From an uncultured Clostridia bacterium (lineage in GTDB: Bacteria; Bacillota; Clostridia; Oscillospirales; Acutalibacteraceae): 57,414 nucleotides of DNA. The stretch's first letter is position 1. Every line of letters starts with the position of its first letter. Below the pieces are notes generated by a model that was not told the DNA's origin, did no database searches, and was given only the letters and a program-made list of their open reading frames with translations. Shown one piece after another: positions 1 through 10,143 of the stretch. Where the stretch lies: contig CANQMH010000001.1 of NCBI GenBank assembly GCA_947624865.1, forward strand, positions 1 through 57,414, read 5' to 3'. A program made the position numbers and the translations under genes.

Positions 1-28
1 AAAATCGTCAAATAGAAAGTCAAAAAAA

Positions 29-60
29 CGCGAAAGTCCGATTAAATGCGGATTTTCGCG
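29..60. repeat. Imperfect inverted repeat (cgcgaaagtccg-N8-cggattttcgcg), possible end of an element or terminator outside the window
   Basis: 12-bp arms with 1 mismatch (G-U compatible); preceded by short gtcaaa direct repeats. Confidence 0.45.
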
Positions 61-145
61 GTGTAAAAACAGAATTAATATAATTAAAGAAAAATCATAG
101 CGATTTATAAGTTTATTTGTTACATATACTTTTATTATGTGATAT

Positions 146-174
146 ATTATAACATTGTTTCGTATAAAAATCAA
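146..174 (-). promoter_or_regulatory. SigA-type promoter pointing out of the left window edge
   Basis: Minus strand TTGATT-17 nt-TATAAT with TG extended -10. Confidence 0.5.
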
Positions 175-178
175 GCAA

Positions 179-219
179 AAAAAGCAATTAACTGAGAATT
201 TATCTGTTAATTGCTTTTT
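179..219. terminator. Intrinsic terminator downstream of yebC (bidirectional-looking)
   Basis: aaaaagcaattaac...gttaattgcttttt stem with A/T tracts on both sides. Confidence 0.7.
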
Positions 220-259
220 GATAATAGTTCTGATTATTTTTTATTGAATTTTTTTATAA

Positions 260-994
260 TTAATCCATTTCCCAGTTATGCCATACATTCTGAATATCAT
301 CGTTATCCTCAAACATATCAAGCATTTTCTGCATTTTTACAGCAGTTTCTTCATCCTCAAGTTTAGTGTATGTGCTCGGTACCATTTCAAGTTCAGCCGA
401 AACAAATGTATAACCGAGTTTTTCAAGGTCATCTCTCACACCGCCGAAATCTTCTGGCTCTGTGTAGATTGTAAATACATCGTCATCAGCTTCAAAATCA
501 GAAGCACCGCATTCAAGAGCGTCGCTCATAACGGTATCCTCGTCCTTTTCAAGCTCTTCACGCTCAATTACAAGCACTCCCTTTTGAGAGAACATAAAGC
601 TTACACAGCCCTGTGTACCCATATTTCCGCCGAATTTGTCAAAGTAATGTCTTACTTCTCCCGCAGTTCTGTTGCGGTTGTCTGTAAGAGCCTCTACTAT
701 TACGGCAACGCCGTTGGGACCGTATCCCTCATATGTAACAGCCTCATAGTTGGTTGAATCATTGTCATTTGCAGCCTTTTTTATTATGCGTTCAATATTA
801 TCATTAGGTACATTTGCAGCCTTTGCTTTGGCAATGCAGTCTTTTAATTTTGAATTAACTGTCGGGTCTGCGCTGCCGCCCTCTTTAATTGCAACAATAA
901 GCTCTCTGCCGATTTTAGTAAATACTTTTGCCCTTGCAGCGTCGTTTTTGCCTTTTTTCTGCTTAATTGTACTCCATTTGTTATGTCCTGACAT
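260..994 (-). CDS. yebC: YebC/PmpR family protein
   Basis: MSGHNKW..IK..KG..DA.RAK.FTK; YEGYGP.GVA; TDNRNRT motifs. Confidence 0.95.
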   Translation of the reverse strand: MSGHNKWSTIKQKKGKNDAARAKVFTKIGRELIVAIKEGGSADPTVNSKLKDCIAKAKAANVPNDNIERIIKKAANDNDSTNYEAVTYEGYGPNGVAVIVEALTDNRNRTAGEVRHYFDKFGGNMGTQGCVSFMFSQKGVLVIEREELEKDEDTVMSDALECGASDFEADDDVFTIYTEPEDFGGVRDDLEKLGYTFVSAELEMVPSTYTKLEDEETAVKMQKMLDMFEDNDDIQNVWHNWEMD

Positions 995-1059
995 AAAAAT
1001 TCATTCCTTTTTAATAAAGTAAATTTATATTTTTAAGTATATCATATGAAAATACAAAA

Positions 1060-1083
1060 AGTTATTACAGTTTTGTAATAACT
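1060..1083. promoter_or_regulatory. Perfect inverted repeat between divergent yebC and yicC, candidate operator
   Basis: agttattaca-gttt-tgtaataact (10-bp arms), directly upstream of the yicC -35. Confidence 0.45.
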
Positions 1084-1086
1084 CCA

Positions 1087-1115
1087 TTGCCAAACCATAT
1101 TAATAGTGATATAAT
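1087..1115 (+). promoter_or_regulatory. SigA promoter of the yicC operon
   Basis: TTGCCA-17 nt-TATAAT with TG extended -10. Confidence 0.65.
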
Positions 1116-1166
1116 TACCTATATATGTAAAAGTGCGCAAATGAATTTATGAAAGGATAGAATGTT

Positions 1167-2051
1167 ATGATAAAGTCTATGACGGGCTTCGGACGTTGTG
1201 AAACCGAAATTAACGGCAGAGAGATCACCGTTGAAATAAAAAGCGTAAATCACCGTTATTTTGAATTTTCTTGCCGTACACCACGCGGATACAATTTCCT
1301 TGATGACAAACTCAAAAGTTATGTAAATTCAAAAGTATCACGCGGAAAAATCGATATGTTTGTCAATATCGGAGTATCGGAAGATACTCCTTCCGAAGTA
1401 ACGGTGAACCATCAGCTTGTGTCAGGTTATCTTAACGCTATGAAGGAAATCAGCGATACCTACGGAGTTTCAAATGATATATCCGTTGTTTCGCTTTCAC
1501 GTTTTCCCGATGTTTTCACGGTTCATAAGGCTGCTGAGGACGAAGAACAGATTACCGCAGATGTTTTGTCTGCGGCAGAGAGCGCGTTAAACTCCTTTAT
1601 TTCTATGAGAGAAGCAGAAGGAGAAAAAATGAAATCGGATATTTTAAGCCGCGCTCAGATTATTCTGGCAATAGTAGAAGAGATTGAGGTACGTTCTCCT
1701 CAGACTGTTGAAGAATACGAAAAGCGTCTGCTTGAAAAAATAAAGCAAACACTTGATAATAACGAAATAAATATTGATGAACAAAGAGTTCTTACAGAGG
1801 TCGCAATTTTTGCAGATAAGGTTGCTGTTGCGGAAGAAACGGTAAGGCTTAGAAGCCATTTTGAACAGCTAAAAAAATTTCTTGAATATGATGAACCTGT
1901 AGGAAGAAAAATTGACTTTATCATTCAGGAGATGAACCGTGAGGCAAATACGATCGGCTCTAAGGTGCAGGACGCTGTTCTTGCTCATAAGGTTGTAGAT
2001 ATAAAAAGTGAAATAGAAAAAATACGAGAGCAGATACAGAACATAGAATAA
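1167..2051 (+). CDS. yicC: YicC/YloC family endoribonuclease
   Basis: MIKSMTGFGR, SVNHRY, GRKIDFIIQEMNREANTIGSK, EKIREQIQNIE. Confidence 0.95.
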   Translation: MIKSMTGFGRCETEINGREITVEIKSVNHRYFEFSCRTPRGYNFLDDKLKSYVNSKVSRGKIDMFVNIGVSEDTPSEVTVNHQLVSGYLNAMKEISDTYGVSNDISVVSLSRFPDVFTVHKAAEDEEQITADVLSAAESALNSFISMREAEGEKMKSDILSRAQIILAIVEEIEVRSPQTVEEYEKRLLEKIKQTLDNNEINIDEQRVLTEVAIFADKVAVAEETVRLRSHFEQLKKFLEYDEPVGRKIDFIIQEMNREANTIGSKVQDAVLAHKVVDIKSEIEKIREQIQNIE

Positions 2052-2060
2052 GGTGAGATT

Positions 2061-2318
2061 ATGAAGCTTGTAAACATAGGATTCGGCAATCTGATAAACT
2101 TAAATAAGCTCACAGCCGTAGTCGCGCCTGATTCGGCTCCTGTAAAAAGAATTGTGCAGGTAGCTAAATCAAACGGAATGTTAATTGACGCAACCTGTGG
2201 GCGCAAGTGCAAGGCAGTTATCATTACAGAAAATAACCACGTTGTACTTTCTGCAATTTCCTGTGAAGCAATACAGAACAGAAGCGATGAAAGCGAGGAA
2301 CAGCGTGATGAACAATAA
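2061..2318 (+). CDS. remA: RemA/DUF370 family regulator
   Basis: LVNIGFGN, PDSAPVKR, LIDATCGRK; canonical position between yloC and gmk. Confidence 0.9.
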   Translation: MKLVNIGFGNLINLNKLTAVVAPDSAPVKRIVQVAKSNGMLIDATCGRKCKAVIITENNHVVLSAISCEAIQNRSDESEEQRDEQ

Positions 2319-2886
2319 AAAACGCGGAGTGCTTGTGCTGTATTCCGGTTCTTCCGGAGTAGGAAAAGGCACTATATTATCTGAACTTTTAAAGCGTGAC
2401 TCGAGCATCAGAATTTCGGTGTCAAATACGACGCGCAGTCCCAGAAAGGGCGAAATTGACGGCGTACACTATCACTTCGTTACCAGAGAGCAGTTTGAAA
2501 AGCTTATTTCACAAGACGGTTTCCTTGAGTATGCCGAATATTGTGAAAATTACTACGGTACTCCGAAAAAGCCTGTTGAGGATATGCTTGATCGGGGCTA
2601 TAATGTTTTTCTTGAAATCGAGGTTCAGGGAGGACTTCAGATTATGGAAAAATATCCTGATGTGTTAAGTATTTTCATACTTCCTCCGTCAATGGATGTT
2701 CTTGAAAAAAGACTCAGGCGCAGAGGTACAGAGGACGAAGAAACCATTCAAAAGAGACTTGACGAGGCAAAGCGTGAAATCAGCTTTAAGGATAAATACA
2801 AATATAATGTAGTCAACGGCGAGCTTGAAACCGCCGTAGAAGAAATACTTGAAATACTTCATAAAGAAGTTTCAAATAATAATTAA
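2308..2886 (+). CDS. gmk: Guanylate kinase
   Basis: SGSSGVGKGT P-loop, TTRSPRKGE.DGVHYHF, NYYGT; start moved to ATG 2308. Confidence 0.95.
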   Translation: MNNKKRGVLVLYSGSSGVGKGTILSELLKRDSSIRISVSNTTRSPRKGEIDGVHYHFVTREQFEKLISQDGFLEYAEYCENYYGTPKKPVEDMLDRGYNVFLEIEVQGGLQIMEKYPDVLSIFILPPSMDVLEKRLRRRGTEDEETIQKRLDEAKREISFKDKYKYNVVNGELETAVEEILEILHKEVSNNN

Positions 2887-2911
2887 GCAAATATTTTAAG
2901 GAGAGATATAT

Positions 2912-3118
2912 ATGCACAGAGTAGATGTAGATGAATTATTCGAAGGAAAACAGAGCAAATATGCTCTTGTAGTAGGTGTTTCAAAAAGAGCAAGACAGAT
3001 TACTAAGTCATTTGAGGACGAGGGAATTGTAACCAATGAAAAGCCGGTACTTCTTGCAATTGATGAAATTAAAAACCATCAGATAAATCTTATTGAACCC
3101 GACGAAGATGAACTCTGA
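2912..3118 (+). CDS. rpoZ: RNA polymerase omega subunit
   Basis: SKYALVVGVSKRARQI, KPV.LA..EI; RBS gagga; follows gmk. Confidence 0.9.
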   Translation: MHRVDVDELFEGKQSKYALVVGVSKRARQITKSFEDEGIVTNEKPVLLAIDEIKNHQINLIEPDEDEL

Positions 3119-5549
3119 TTTAGTCGCAAAAATTGCGGTTGAAAATGCGGTATATTTGTTTGACAAGCCGTTTGACTATGCAGTTCCGCAGAATTTGTCC
3201 GAGCGCTGTAAAAAGGGCGTCAGAGTGCTGGTGCCGTTTGGCAGAGGAAACAAAAAACGTCAGGGAATTGTTACAGACATCATATATTCACAGACAGAAG
3301 GCTTAAAAACAATTCTGAGTGTCCTTGACAGCGAGCCTGTTTTATCGGATGAAATGCTTAAAACTGCACAGTTTATGAAAGAGCATTATTTTTGTACACT
3401 GTACGAAGCGTTTAAAACCATGCTTCCGGCAGGAATTAATTACAGACTGAAAACCGTTTACGGCGCAAGAGATATTTCACCTGATGATAATATCAGTCTT
3501 GATTTTGAGGAACAGAGAATATTTGATTATCTTTTTTCAAAGCGCAGGTCTGTAAAGTCGGATACGATTCTTGATGCGTTCGGACTTTCCGATACACGAA
3601 TTCTTGATGAAATGGTATCGAAAGGCGTGCTGTATAAGTCCGACGAGGCTTTCCGCAGAGTTTCGGACGCGGTTATGAAGATGGCTGCGGTTTTGCCGAG
3701 TGCTGACTTATCGTCAGTAAAGCTTACCCCAAAGCAGAAAAACATTGTAGAGCTTATCGAAATGACAGGGGGAACATCTGTAAAGGAGATATGCTATTTT
3801 ACAGGAGTTTCTTCTTCCGTAATTGACGCGCTTTATAAAAAGGGAGTTATATACTTTTATGACGAAGAAGTATTCAGAATTGATAAACGAGGCGCAGAAT
3901 CAAATCTACCCGAAATAGTTTTGACAGATGAACAGATTAATGCCTGCAATTCGCTTTATGCCGAATACAAAGATTCAAAACCTCACATAAGCCTGCTCTA
4001 CGGCGTAACGGGGTCTGGCAAGACAAGCGTTTTTTTAAAACTGATTGAGAAAGTAATTGATGATGATAAGGGCATAATTGTAATGGTACCCGAAATTTCT
4101 CTTACTCCTCAGTTTGTATCTCTTTTTTCAAAGAGGTTTGGTGATAAAGTAGCCGTTTTTCACAGCGCGCTTTCTATAGGGGAAAGACTTGATGAGTACA
4201 AGAGGGTTAAAAAGGGAATTGCAAAAATTGTAATCGGTACCCGAAGCGCGGTTTTTGCTCCGTTTGAAAATCTCGGACTTATAATTATGGACGAGGAGCA
4301 GGAGTACAGCTACAAATCAGAAAGCTCGCCGAGGTACCATGCGCGCGAAATTGCAAAGTTCAGATGCGCGCAGAACAATGCTCTTCTTGTTTTAAGCTCG
4401 GCAACTCCGAGCGTTGAAACCTATTATTATGCAAAAAACGGCCGTTATTCTCTCAACATTCTTACAAAGCGTTACGGCACAGCTACCTTGCCGAAAGTCG
4501 TAACTGCCGATATGAATGTTGAAATGCAAAACGGCAATACAACAGGATTTTCAGATGTGCTTCTTGAAAATCTTAAATACAACTTTGAACATGGAAAACA
4601 GTCAATTTTACTGCTGAACAGAAGGGGACACAATACATTTGTCTCCTGCCGCTTTTGCGGTGAATCCGTGACCTGTCCCAACTGTTCAATATCGCTTACC
4701 TATCACAGTGCAAACAACAGGCTGATGTGTCATTACTGCGGATATTCCGTTCCCTATACCGACGAATGTCCTACCTGTCACAGCAAGTCGCTGCGTTTTG
4801 GTGGTATCGGAACTCAAAAAGCCGAAAGGGATATTTCCGATATTTTTCCGAATGCAAGAATTTTGCGTATGGATACCGACGCTGCTTCTTCCAAGTCGTC
4901 ATATGAAAAGATGATTTCTGCATTCGCAAACGGCGAATATGATATTCTTGTAGGAACGCAGATGGTGGCAAAGGGACTGGATTTTCCAAATGTAACATTG
5001 GTAGGTGTTCTTAACACAGACCATATGCTGTATGCAGATGATTACCGAAGCTATGAACGCTCGTTCTCGCTTCTCACACAGGTAGTGGGACGAAGCGGAA
5101 GGGGTAACTCAAAGGGAATGGCTGTCATTCAGTCATACACACCCGACAACCTTATAATATCTATGGCGGCAAATCAGGATTATGATACTTTTTACAACAC
5201 TGAAATACAAGTGCGTAAGTCTATGCTTTATCCGCCGTTTGCCGATATTTGCTTAATAGGCTTTGTGGGTGAAAATCAAACCCTTACTTTAAAGGCGGCA
5301 AAGGCTTTTTTGAAGTCCTTTATAAGCCTTTCCAAAAGCGACTATCCGACAATTCCTCTGCGAGTTCTCGGACCATCGCCTGCGCTTGTGATAAAGGTGA
5401 GCAATAAATTTAGGTATAAACTGTTAATAAAATGTAAAAACAATCGTGAATTCAGAAAGCTTTTATCAGCGATTCTGACAGAATTTGGGAAAAATAAGGA
5501 ATACAGCAGTGTTACAGCGTACGCAGATATGAATGCGCTGATATGCTGA
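3108..5549 (+). CDS. priA: Primosomal protein N' (replication restart helicase)
   Basis: LLYGVTGSGKT, VPEISLTPQ, DEEQE, Cys-rich zinc fingers, GTQMVAKGLDFP. Confidence 0.95.
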   Translation: MNSDLVAKIAVENAVYLFDKPFDYAVPQNLSERCKKGVRVLVPFGRGNKKRQGIVTDIIYSQTEGLKTILSVLDSEPVLSDEMLKTAQFMKEHYFCTLYEAFKTMLPAGINYRLKTVYGARDISPDDNISLDFEEQRIFDYLFSKRRSVKSDTILDAFGLSDTRILDEMVSKGVLYKSDEAFRRVSDAVMKMAAVLPSADLSSVKLTPKQKNIVELIEMTGGTSVKEICYFTGVSSSVIDALYKKGVIYFYDEEVFRIDKRGAESNLPEIVLTDEQINACNSLYAEYKDSKPHISLLYGVTGSGKTSVFLKLIEKVIDDDKGIIVMVPEISLTPQFVSLFSKRFGDKVAVFHSALSIGERLDEYKRVKKGIAKIVIGTRSAVFAPFENLGLIIMDEEQEYSYKSESSPRYHAREIAKFRCAQNNALLVLSSATPSVETYYYAKNGRYSLNILTKRYGTATLPKVVTADMNVEMQNGNTTGFSDVLLENLKYNFEHGKQSILLLNRRGHNTFVSCRFCGESVTCPNCSISLTYHSANNRLMCHYCGYSVPYTDECPTCHSKSLRFGGIGTQKAERDISDIFPNARILRMDTDAASSKSSYEKMISAFANGEYDILVGTQMVAKGLDFPNVTLVGVLNTDHMLYADDYRSYERSFSLLTQVVGRSGRGNSKGMAVIQSYTPDNLIISMAANQDYDTFYNTEIQVRKSMLYPPFADICLIGFVGENQTLTLKAAKAFLKSFISLSKSDYPTIPLRVLGPSPALVIKVSNKFRYKLLIKCKNNREFRKLLSAILTEFGKNKEYSSVTAYADMNALIC

Positions 5550-5567
5550 TAAATGAAAGGAATAACT

Positions 5568-6044
5568 ATGGCAATCAGACAAATTGTTAAAGAGGGCGAC
5601 GATATCCTCAAGAAAAAATGCAGAACTGTAGAAAAATTTGATGATCGGCTGGCAACTCTGATTGACGATATGACAGAAACTCTGCACCTTTCAAAGGGCG
5701 TAGGACTTGCCGCACCTCAGGTCGGAGTACTAAGACGAGTAGTTGTGATTGACGTTGGTGAAGGTGTAATTGAACTTGTAAATCCCAGGATTATCGCCTA
5801 CAGCGGCGAGCAGGAAACCCTTGAGGGCTGTCTTTCCTGTCCGGGTGAATGGGGAATTACACGCAGACCCGATTATGTAAAAGTTAAAGCCCAGGACAGA
5901 TTCGGAAAGGAATTTACCATTGACGGCAGGGAACTTCTGGCAAAGGCGTTTTGTCATGAGATTGACCACCTTGACGGTATTATTTTTAAAGAGGTTGCAA
6001 TCAGAATGCTTACGCCTGAAGAAATCAAGGAAATGGATTTATAA
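5568..6044 (+). CDS. def: Peptide deformylase
   Basis: GVGLAAPQVG, EGCLS, HEIDHLDG. Confidence 0.95.
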   Translation: MAIRQIVKEGDDILKKKCRTVEKFDDRLATLIDDMTETLHLSKGVGLAAPQVGVLRRVVVIDVGEGVIELVNPRIIAYSGEQETLEGCLSCPGEWGITRRPDYVKVKAQDRFGKEFTIDGRELLAKAFCHEIDHLDGIIFKEVAIRMLTPEEIKEMDL

Positions 6045-6105
6045 TTTTTATTTTCGATCCTCGTTTAATCAGACAAAGTATAATATAGAAAGCCTGTGAA
6101 TCAAT

Positions 6106-7023
6106 ATGAACATTATATATATGGGCACTCCCGATTTTGCCGTACCGGCGCTTAAACAGCTTGCGTTTTCGAGTCATACAGTATCGGCGGTGTTTACTCA
6201 GCCCGATAGACCCAAAGGCAGAAAGATGATTATGACTCCGCCTGATGTAAAGGTGTGCGCTCAGGAACTCGGAATACCCGTGTATCAGCCTGATTCAATG
6301 AAAAGCAAAGAGGCGCTTGAAATTATAAATAAGTATAATCCTGATGTGATTGTTGTTGCGGCTTACGGAAAAATTCTTCCGCAGGCTGTGCTTGACGCTC
6401 CGAAATACGGCTGTGTCAATATTCACGGCTCTCTTTTGCCAAAATACAGAGGAGCGTCTCCGATTCAGCAGGCAGTCCTCAACGGCGACAAAATAACAGG
6501 AATTACAACAATGCTTATGGATGCAGGACTCGACACGGGAGATGTTCTTATGACCTCCAAAACCGAAATAGGCGAGAATGAAACGTCGGGCGAGATTTTT
6601 GACCGCCTTGCGTTGCTTGGCGGAGAGCTTATTTTGGAAACGCTTTCCGCTCTTGAAAACGGAACGGCAGTTCCAAAAAAGCAGGATGAAAGTCTTGCTA
6701 CGCATACCGCAAAAATAGACAAATCATATTGCCCGATTGATTTTTCAAAGCCTGCCACTGAGGTTCACAATAAGGTCAGAGGATTAAATCCATGGCCCGT
6801 AGCAACTTCAAAAATTGGCGGAAAAAGCGTAAAAATTTATACAACAAGGTTATGTAATAAAACCGGAACAAGCGGAACAATAATAAGTATAAAGCCTCTG
6901 ATCATTGCCTGCGGCGAGGGTTCGGTAGAAATTACCGAAATTCAGCCAGAGGGCAGGAAGAGAATGTCCGCCGATGCATTTACGGCAGGACATCAGATAA
7001 AGATAGGGGAAACTGTAGGATAG
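6106..7023 (+). CDS. fmt: Methionyl-tRNA formyltransferase
   Basis: MGTPDFAV, VNIHGSLLPKYRGASPI, LDTGD. Confidence 0.95.
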   Translation: MNIIYMGTPDFAVPALKQLAFSSHTVSAVFTQPDRPKGRKMIMTPPDVKVCAQELGIPVYQPDSMKSKEALEIINKYNPDVIVVAAYGKILPQAVLDAPKYGCVNIHGSLLPKYRGASPIQQAVLNGDKITGITTMLMDAGLDTGDVLMTSKTEIGENETSGEIFDRLALLGGELILETLSALENGTAVPKKQDESLATHTAKIDKSYCPIDFSKPATEVHNKVRGLNPWPVATSKIGGKSVKIYTTRLCNKTGTSGTIISIKPLIIACGEGSVEITEIQPEGRKRMSADAFTAGHQIKIGETVG

Positions 7024-7038
7024 AAAGGTGTGTGAAAT

Positions 7039-7740
7039 ATGCCGTATTTTTATGGATTTGACTGGACTTATATGGCTTTTATTCTGCCATGTATCGTAAT
7101 ATCTCTGATATGTCAGATAAATGTAAAATCAACTTTTTCAAAATACTCAAAGATAAGAAATACTCGCAATTTAACGGGTGCTCAGGCGGCTGAATATGTA
7201 CTCAGACAAAACGGAGTATCGGGCGTGAGCATTGAACACGTTTCGGGGAGTCTTACCGACCACTTTGATCCGCGCACAAACGTAATAAGGTTGTCCGATT
7301 CTGTTTATAACAACACATCTGTTGCCGCTGTCGGAGTAGCCGCACACGAGGCAGGTCACGCCGTACAGCACGCTCAAAACTATTTGCCGAACAAAATAAG
7401 GTCAGCAATTCTGCCTATGGCAAGACTTGGTTCTCAGCTTAGCTGGATATTAATTTTAATCGGTCTTTTATTCACTGCCAGAGCAGGATATATAATCCTT
7501 TATATAGGTATTGCACTGTTTTCTCTTTCGGTGCTTTTTACCGTTGCGACTCTGCCTGTTGAGTTCAATGCCTCAAAACGTGCTCTTGAATGTATCAGAG
7601 ATACAGATTTGCTCTACGGCGAAGAATATACAGGCGCAAAGCGAACCTTGCAGGCGGCTGCAATGACCTATGTTGCGTCTGCGCTTACTGCGGTAATGCA
7701 GCTTTTACGATTAATTTTAATTGCAAGAAGAAGAAACTAA
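7039..7740 (+). CDS. Membrane zinc metallopeptidase (YugP/Zn_peptidase_2 family)
   Basis: LTDHFDP, AAHEAGHA (HExxH), TLPVEFNASKRA, AAAMTYVA. Confidence 0.9.
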   Translation: MPYFYGFDWTYMAFILPCIVISLICQINVKSTFSKYSKIRNTRNLTGAQAAEYVLRQNGVSGVSIEHVSGSLTDHFDPRTNVIRLSDSVYNNTSVAAVGVAAHEAGHAVQHAQNYLPNKIRSAILPMARLGSQLSWILILIGLLFTARAGYIILYIGIALFSLSVLFTVATLPVEFNASKRALECIRDTDLLYGEEYTGAKRTLQAAAMTYVASALTAVMQLLRLILIARRRN

Positions 7741-7761
7741 CCTGATTTACGGAGAGATGTA

Positions 7762-9099
7762 ATGTCAAGTCCACGAAACACAGCCTTTAATGTGCTTTTA
7801 AAAATTGAACAGGATAACGCGTATTCAAATATTGCGCTTAACAATGCCATAAAGGAAAATAAATTCAGCAGTCTTGACAGCTCTTTTGTATCGGCTCTTG
7901 TTTACGGTGTTATTGAGCGTAAAATTACTCTTGATTATATTATCAGACAATACTCTAAAATTCCTTTAAAGAAAATAGAACTTAAAACAAAAATTATACT
8001 CCGTCTAGGAATTTTACAGCTGATTTTTATGGATAAAATCCCTGAAAGCGCGGCGGTAAATGAAAGCGTTAATCTTGCAAAAAAGCATAGGCTTCAAAAA
8101 TCATCAGGCTTTATCAATGGAATACTTAGAAGCATTACAAGGGCAGAAGTAAAGTATGTTTTGCCTGATAAAAGCGATATAGTGCGGTACTTTTCAGTAA
8201 AGTATTCAGCGCCGCAGGAGCTTATAAAATTATGGATTAATTCCTACGGAGAATTAAATGCCGAAAAGCTTCTTGTAAATCTAAATGGCAGACCAAAAAT
8301 ATGCGCAAGGGTAAACACTCTTAAAACAGATAAAAAGATTCTCTGTGCAGAACTTTTAAAGCAAAATGTAAAAATACAGGAAGTACCGTTTCTTGAAAAT
8401 GCTGTTATCCTTGAGAATACAGGCTCGGTTGAGCGTCTAAAAGCATTTAAAGAAGGCAAGTTTCATATTCAGGATTTATCTTCTCAGTTATGTGTGGATC
8501 TTCTTTTTCCGAAACCGAGGGATATTATGCTCGACATCTGTTCTGCACCCGGAGGAAAAACCTTTACAGCCGCACAGTATATGAATGACAGGGGAAAGAT
8601 CTTTGCCTGCGATTTATATGACCATAAGCTGAAACTGATTAAAGACGGCTCAAAACGTCTTGGCATAAACTCTGTTGTCACCTTAAAGCGCGACGGCGCT
8701 TCGTCAGATATATCGCTTCCAACGGCGGATAAAATTCTTTGCGACGTTCCTTGCAGCGGACTTGGCATACTTTCACGAAAGCCCGAAATACGGTATAAAG
8801 ATGATTTGATTTCAGATGAATTGCCCCAAATTCAATATGAAATTCTCTGCAAAAGCGCAGAATATCTCGCAAATGGCGGAAGACTTGTTTACTCAACCTG
8901 CACGCTCAATCCTGCTGAAAATAACGAAAATGCACGACGGTTTCTTGAAGAACATACCGATTTCTACGGCATAAAGATAAAACTTCCTGTCGGAATATGC
9001 CGTGCTTTTGATGAAAACGATTACGAGCTTACATTAATGCCTCATACAGCAGGCACAGACGGCTTTTACATTGCTGTATTCGGAAAGAGGGCATTATGA
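7762..9099 (+). CDS. rsmB: 16S rRNA m5C967 methyltransferase RsmB/Sun
   Basis: NusB-like N-terminus; DICSAPGGKT, DVPCSGLG, LVYSTCT. Confidence 0.95.
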   Translation: MSSPRNTAFNVLLKIEQDNAYSNIALNNAIKENKFSSLDSSFVSALVYGVIERKITLDYIIRQYSKIPLKKIELKTKIILRLGILQLIFMDKIPESAAVNESVNLAKKHRLQKSSGFINGILRSITRAEVKYVLPDKSDIVRYFSVKYSAPQELIKLWINSYGELNAEKLLVNLNGRPKICARVNTLKTDKKILCAELLKQNVKIQEVPFLENAVILENTGSVERLKAFKEGKFHIQDLSSQLCVDLLFPKPRDIMLDICSAPGGKTFTAAQYMNDRGKIFACDLYDHKLKLIKDGSKRLGINSVVTLKRDGASSDISLPTADKILCDVPCSGLGILSRKPEIRYKDDLISDELPQIQYEILCKSAEYLANGGRLVYSTCTLNPAENNENARRFLEEHTDFYGIKIKLPVGICRAFDENDYELTLMPHTAGTDGFYIAVFGKRAL

Positions 9100-10142
9100 T
9101 GAATTTACTTACAGATATAAAATCAATGACTCTTTCCGAGCTTGAAGAGTATGTAACACAAAACGGGTTTCAGAAATTCAGGGCAAAACAGATTTATTCT
9201 TGGCTTGCAAAAAGCGTAACATATTTTGACGAAATGAAGAACCTGCCGTCAGACCTAAAAAGCTTTTTAAAAACAAGTTGTTACATTTCTGTTGCAAATA
9301 TTGAAAAAAAACTTGTTTCAAGGTATGATAAAACAGTAAAGTATCTTTTTTCCTTTAATGACGGAGAATGTGTTGAAGCAGTAGTGATGAGCTATAAACA
9401 CGGATATTCAATCTGCATATCTACACAGGTAGGATGCAAAATGGGCTGTACATTCTGCGCAACGGGAAAGAGTGGTTTTTTTCGCAGCCTTACTGCATCT
9501 GAAATGCTTGCACAGATTGAAGCGGCGCAAAATGACCTTAAAATAAAAATATCGAATGTTGTGCTGATGGGAATGGGCGAACCGCTTGATAATTTTGACA
9601 ATGTGGTAAAGTTCCTTTATCTTGTATCGTCGGATGACGGACTTAACATAGGTATGAGGCACATAACACTATCAACCTGCGGAATAGTACCTAAAATTTA
9701 CGAGCTTGCAAAGCTTCATCTCGGAATAACGCTTTCAATTTCTCTGCACGCGCCAAACGATGAAATCAGGCAGAAAACTATGCCGGTTGCTAATAAATAT
9801 TCTATAGAAGAATTATTACAGTCTTGCAGAGATTATTTTAAGACTACAGGCAGACGTGTTACCTTTGAATATTCAATGATAAGCGGGGTTAATGACAGCG
9901 ACGAAAATGCCAGAGAGCTTGCAGACCGCCTGAGCGGTATGAACTGCCATGTAAATCTTATTCCCGTAAATACAGTTGAAGGTACGGGATACATAAAAAG
10001 CAATATAAAAAGACAGCAGTCTTTTATAGATATACTTGCCGCAAAGAATATTACGGCAACAGTAAGACGGACGCTCGGCAGCGATATAAATGCTTCGTGC
10101 GGTCAGCTTAAACGAAAACATCTTAATGAAGGAGGTAAATAA
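9096..10142 (+). CDS. rlmN: 23S rRNA A2503/tRNA A37 C2-methyltransferase RlmN
   Basis: CISTQVGCKMGCTFC radical-SAM motif, MGMGEPL, ISLHA, DINASCGQL. Confidence 0.95.
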   Translation: MMNLLTDIKSMTLSELEEYVTQNGFQKFRAKQIYSWLAKSVTYFDEMKNLPSDLKSFLKTSCYISVANIEKKLVSRYDKTVKYLFSFNDGECVEAVVMSYKHGYSICISTQVGCKMGCTFCATGKSGFFRSLTASEMLAQIEAAQNDLKIKISNVVLMGMGEPLDNFDNVVKFLYLVSSDDGLNIGMRHITLSTCGIVPKIYELAKLHLGITLSISLHAPNDEIRQKTMPVANKYSIEELLQSCRDYFKTTGRRVTFEYSMISGVNDSDENARELADRLSGMNCHVNLIPVNTVEGTGYIKSNIKRQQSFIDILAAKNITATVRRTLGSDINASCGQLKRKHLNEGGK

Positions 10143-10143
10143 C

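Noticed and set aside
118-145. dif-like site (ttatgtgatat resembles a XerD arm)
   Set aside because: The XerC arm and spacer match poorly, and the + strand gene bias is inconsistent with a terminus at the left edge
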